From: a virus
Taxonomy: Duplodnaviria; Heunggongvirae; Uroviricota; Caudoviricetes
Direction: 5' to 3' (one strand)
Length of the DNA: 64,000 nt
Virus record (IMG/VR): IMGVR_UViG_3300032007_000013
Part shown: piece after piece, positions 59,225 through 64,000 of the stretch
How the letters are laid out: the number at the start of each line of letters is the position of its first letter
Numbering within the stretch: position 1 is the first letter of the stretch
The notes under the pieces: model-generated
What the model was told of the DNA's origin: nothing
Databases searched by the model: none
The model's input: only the letters and a program-made list of their open reading frames with translations
Program-made: the position numbers and the translations under genes

Positions 59225-62200
59225 TATATCACACCATAATTCCTTTCTACTTCAGTAATATATTTTACTGTTAATATTCTTAAAAATTCTGCTAATTTAA
59301 GATTTATATCTTTAATAAGAGGTTTTACATCAATAGTAATTTCATTTAATCTTACTAATAAATCTTGTTTGTCCTATAAATCTTTTAAATATTTTTCTCT
59401 TAAAAGATATAATTCTTCTACTGTCATAGAGTCTCCTCTAATTTGTGCTAATAAATTACGTATTAATTCAAATGTTCCATCATAAATTTCTTTAATATCT
59501 TTTAAATACTAATTCTCATCATTATTTTTCCCAGAAAGATATAATAATATTTTTTTTAATCCACCATTCCCTTTAATAAATAAAGTATTTTTTAAAATAT
59601 TAAAATCCTATTCATTTGCTACAGTTTGTAAAATATAGTTATTACCTTCTTTAATATAATATTCATTGTCTTTATTATAAGTAATTAATTCTGTAACTGG
59701 ATAATAATCAATATAATTTACAAAAGCGGTTAAATAAGGATATTTAGTACAATACACTTTATTTTCAATTACATCATTTGTAAATTGTTGTTCACTTAAA
59801 TATAAATAAGGAATAAATTTATCTTCATTTTTTACAAAATATAATTTAGTGTTATTATATATTATATTCTCTTCTGAATACAGTAATGGTAAATTAATAT
59901 TTAAATATTCTTCAAATTTACTAGCCTAATTAATAACCTCTTTAAAATTTATAATACCACGCTACTCAATCATATATTTCCTAATTCTTTCTAAAGCATA
60001 AGCTATCCCAAAATTATAAACATTACTAATATGGCCATCAATATTAGTTAAATCTTTATTATTCATAATATCTTTATCAAGAAGAATTCCATATGGGATA
60101 TTATTAAATAATAAATTTAAATAATGATCAATTTTACGTTTATAAATATCATAATGAAAATTAAAATCATCTTCATTTAACATTAATTTTTCTTTTAAAT
60201 TAGCTAAAGTTTTTTCTTTATAATCATACTCTTGTAATGATGGATCAGTTACCAAATCAGCAATAATATTTTGTTCTGAAATAATAAGTTTATCATAATC
60301 TCTAATTTTTTTTATAGCAGTCTATAATAAATTTTCAAGCTATAATCTTTTTGGATCTGTAAGAGGCATTTTATTAATATTATATTCCTCTAATACTAAT
60401 TCACAATGCGTTCTAATTCTTATCCATTCATTCTATTCCTATTTATAATCCTATATTAATTTTTGATGATGTCTTAGCTAAGATAAATCTTCTTTAAATA
60501 CTTCTAATTCAAATTCTTTAAAAGTATTAAAATATTCTGCTATTAACGCGAATTTTTCAATATCAAGTTCTAATAATTTAAAATAACTGCCATATTCATC
60601 TCCATTTTTATCAATATCATGAACTATTAAACCAATATAATCATCAAAAATTGTTTTATAAATAGATGGTTTAATTAAATATCGAGTTCCGTCTATACTA
60701 TCAGTATTTAACATAAATGTAGAAGGATTTATATTATATAGGTATGAATGTAACTAAGTTGTATAGGTAAAAGGTAATCTGGTAGTAAACCAAACAGCCC
60801 CACCTTCATTTTTGACTATTTCATTAAAATTAAGATCTGAAGCTTGATGAATTATTCTTCTATCATAAAAAGTACTAGTTATATCATAATAAAGTCCTTC
60901 ATTATTATAAATACATGGAAAATAATTCTAATCAGAATCTAAAACTACTGGAATACTTTTACAACTACTTTCATCATTACTTCGTAATAATTCATATTTA
61001 GAAGAATTATCATAAATAATACAATAATGGCCATTATTTAAATTAGAAACAATAGATGAATTTTCTCCTAATGAAATTACTACTGGATAATATTCTTCTG
61101 CCTAAGTATAATAAATTTGTATTTTATTTAAATATGGTAAATCTAAATCTTTACTACTTCTAGAAATTATTCCATTATATAAAGTATTATAATGAGTTAA
61201 AATAAATAATGGTTTCATGCTTTGAATATGAGCAATTAATTGAGACTATAAATTCTCCCATGCTGAACTATTAATATCCTAAATTTTATTACGTTCATTT
61301 AAAATATTATAATATTCATTTAATTTCTCTTGTAAAACTTCACTCCATCTTTGTATTTTAACGAGTCTGTAACTACGCTTAACTTTTTCTTCTCCAAGTT
61401 CTATACTTGGAATAAGTCGAATTACACCGAATGTTGTTTCTACATTTCCCTTAGTAGCTTCTTTTCCTTTAAATAATTCAGATAAATAAAGTTTTAATTC
61501 CATATAAGTCTCTAATCGAGATTCTTCAGTTGTAGAACTTCCTTCTCCAGCTTTTATTCGATTAAGGAATTCTTCAGCTTTCTATGGATCAAAATTTTTA
61601 GCTACAATATAAAGAATATCTTGATAGACAGAAAAATCATAATTTCTTAAATCATACATATATCGTTCAAGTCCAGGAGATAAGCCAGGATCATCATCTT
61701 CTTTATCAAAACCATATCCTAAATCTTGAATAATAGAATTATATTTATGTAAAAAAGCAAATGCTTCTTCTTCATAAGCATCAATATATTTTTTTAAGAA
61801 TAATCCATATTCATCACCAGTAGTAATATTTCCATATATCTAGCCAGCTTGCTATAACAATCCTTTTTGCTATAAAGAAATCCAATCTAAATATTTATTA
61901 ATTATTGCAGCATCATAACATAAATTTTTATTTTTTATAATAATATTTTCAAAAAATTCAGGAGATTCTAATACATCTTTAGACTCTTCTGCAATTCTTA
62001 ACTATTTTTTAGCTTCATCCAATAAAGTTTCCTATTCTTTTCTTTTAGCTTCAATCTATTCCTTTACAACTCTAATATTTGTAATTTCTGTTTCTATTTC
62101 TGCTATTGCTTCATTATAAGAAGTTACTAAATTATCTAAAGTTTTTATACGTTTAGCATATATAGCATCTTTAGCTTTTATTTGCTGAACTAATTTATTA

Positions 62201-64000
62201 GCTTCTACTGTTAAATCATTGTCTGCTGGATAATAATCATTTAATAAACGTTTAATATTAGTAGCCTAAGATTCATTGACTTTATCAGTAAATAAGTCTA
62301 AAATAGCAAAAGCTCGATCATTAAGTTCTACATCTTTTGTAATAAAAACTAAATTTTGTAAATTATATTGATTAGCATTTAGCCAAGAATGGATATTCGC
62401 TTCTGCCTAATCAACATAATCATCTCTAGTTTCCTTAGTGGCATTATTAAAAGTATCTAATACTTGCTAATCTTTAAAATATAAATCAACATTATAATCT
62501 TGCCCTTCAACTCCAGGATGATTTTTAATAGACTCTAATAAAGTCACTTCTCTCTATAAAGCACTAATATTCTTCTATAAATCTCCGCCATATAAATCAA
62601 ATGCTTTAATATAAGCAGCAATATCAGGCTCATTTTCTAATAAATATCCTTTTATTTTATTGCTATTAGTATTACGATTAACCATAGTAGCAAAATCTAC
62701 TAATTTATTTGCTCCTCCTGCTAAAGTTATATATATCTTACTATCTGATGGGTCATTATTTCCATCTGTTGGTAAAGGAACAATTGTTCCTAAAAGAATA
62801 CCTAAAATATCTTTTTTTCGATTTTCTTCTAATTCTGCGTTAGTATGTAATTTATTAATTTCAAATAAATCATTAACACAAAGTTCTTTTATACTATCTA
62901 ATTTTTTATTTTTATCTTCAATATATTTATTTAATAAAGTAATTAGATGAATAGCATTATCTTTTAAATATTTACCAGTCAAACCCTATATATCTTCTAA
63001 AATATGTGCTGTATCAGCAATACCAATCTGTAATAATCTATTAACATAATCTGCTTTTTCTTTATTAATTCTTAGTAACTCTTCTGAATATTTATTATCT
63101 AATTGATTAATTAAAAATAGATAATAAAGAATAGTATTTTCTGGTGGAGGATTTAATTCATCAAAATCTTCTATATGATCTAAATCTCCTCCCTATAGTT
63201 CTCCTATCTAAGCCTCTAATTCAAGAATCTATTCATTATACTCTGCTATTGTTGCTTCACTTTTTTCTTTCTAATTAGTATAAAAATCAATATCTATATA
63301 TTTAAATTCATCTATAAAATCATAAGATTTTTTTTCTACAGTGGCAGAACTATCACTCTTATTTAAAAGTTGCACTCCACCCCGATTAGATTCAGAAAAT
63401 AAATCATCTTCTGAAATTTCTCCAGTTTGAATATTTAAAATTTTTTCGTTTAAAAAATCAATATATTCTTTAACTATTCCATCAGCCTAATCTTCTGTAA
63501 TAGCATTATTTAAAGTATAATCTTTAATAATAGAAATGCCTTCTTCATCATCAGTATCTATTTCTTTATAAATTTTCATTTCTTGTAAATATTTTAAAAT
63601 TTCTTTTATCTATTCAAATCTATCAGACCACATAGCCTATTTCTATTCTATTATACGTTCTTCTGCTACCTATTTTACTACTTCATATGAAGAAGTATTT
63701 GCTGCTGAAGTAAGTTGGTCTTCTATAGCAATAAGCTTTTTTTCTAAAGTTTCGCATTCACTGCGTAATACTTGTGGATCACCAATATCAACTTTTGCTG
63801 AATCTAATGCTATTGCATATTCTTCTTTTGCTTTTAAATAAGCATTTTTAGCTTCACGAACTTCTAAATTTGAAGTTTCAATGTCATAATCAACAATTCG
63901 CATCTAAGGAGTAACTTCTGCTATAACACCATTCCCTAAGTTAATTTGCTTTATTCTCCCTAAATTATATAATGTAATTTCTTCAATTTCATCTAAAAAG
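59224..64000 (-). CDS. Very large structural-module protein (>1590 aa, 5' end beyond window)
   Basis: Five track ORFs in one frame joined by TAG=Q; helical/coiled-coil rich; stop TAA 59224-59226. Confidence 0.7.

Noticed and set aside
1-64000. TAG as pyrrolysine or TGA as Trp/Sec genome-wide
   Set aside because: TAG aligns with invariant Gln; TGA ends many genes (ligA, nrdD, rSAM2, rSAM4), often in ATGA overlaps.
1-64000. CRISPR array, tRNA (including amber suppressor), rRNA, or DGR template/variable repeats
   Set aside because: By eye I found no regularly spaced direct repeats, tRNA T-loop/cloverleaf signature, reverse transcriptase or near-identical repeat pair; a tRNA scan would be needed to be certain.

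Overview
A 64-kb segment of a large, very AT-rich tailed phage genome, probably infecting a Bacillota host (AGGAGG-type RBSs, consensus TTGACA-N17-TATAAT promoters). It uses a non-standard code in which TAG is read as Gln (code 15). TAG falls on invariant Gln positions in DnaE, the helicase and NrdD, and genes end in TAA or TGA. The supplied ORF track is therefore fragmented, and gene coordinates below were rebuilt by hand with TAG=Q. Plus strand 1-27.8 kb is a replication and nucleotide-metabolism module: gyrA, ligA, SSB-like, Sak4-like ATPase, DnaB, primase, RecJ, Dda/RecD-like helicase, DnaE, gmk, nrdD/nrdG, NDT-like proteins and two free-standing homing endonucleases. Plus strand 27.8-36.6 kb is a two-module RiPP-like cluster: four radical SAM enzymes, two long-leader Cys-rich precursor-like proteins and two U32-family proteins. 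Minus strand 36.7-64 kb is a tail/baseplate module including a ~2400-aa CotH-kinase/LRR protein. Top signals: (1) the radical SAM/U32/Cys-rich precursor cluster; (2) two 7-nt TAA-starting insertions in catalytic motifs of the helicase and DnaE, each just downstream of a homing endonuclease gene (candidate ribosomal hop elements); (3) a recurrent GGAC-N~33-ATATA upstream motif. No tRNA, rRNA or CRISPR array was seen. All family assignments come from motif recognition by eye, not database searches.
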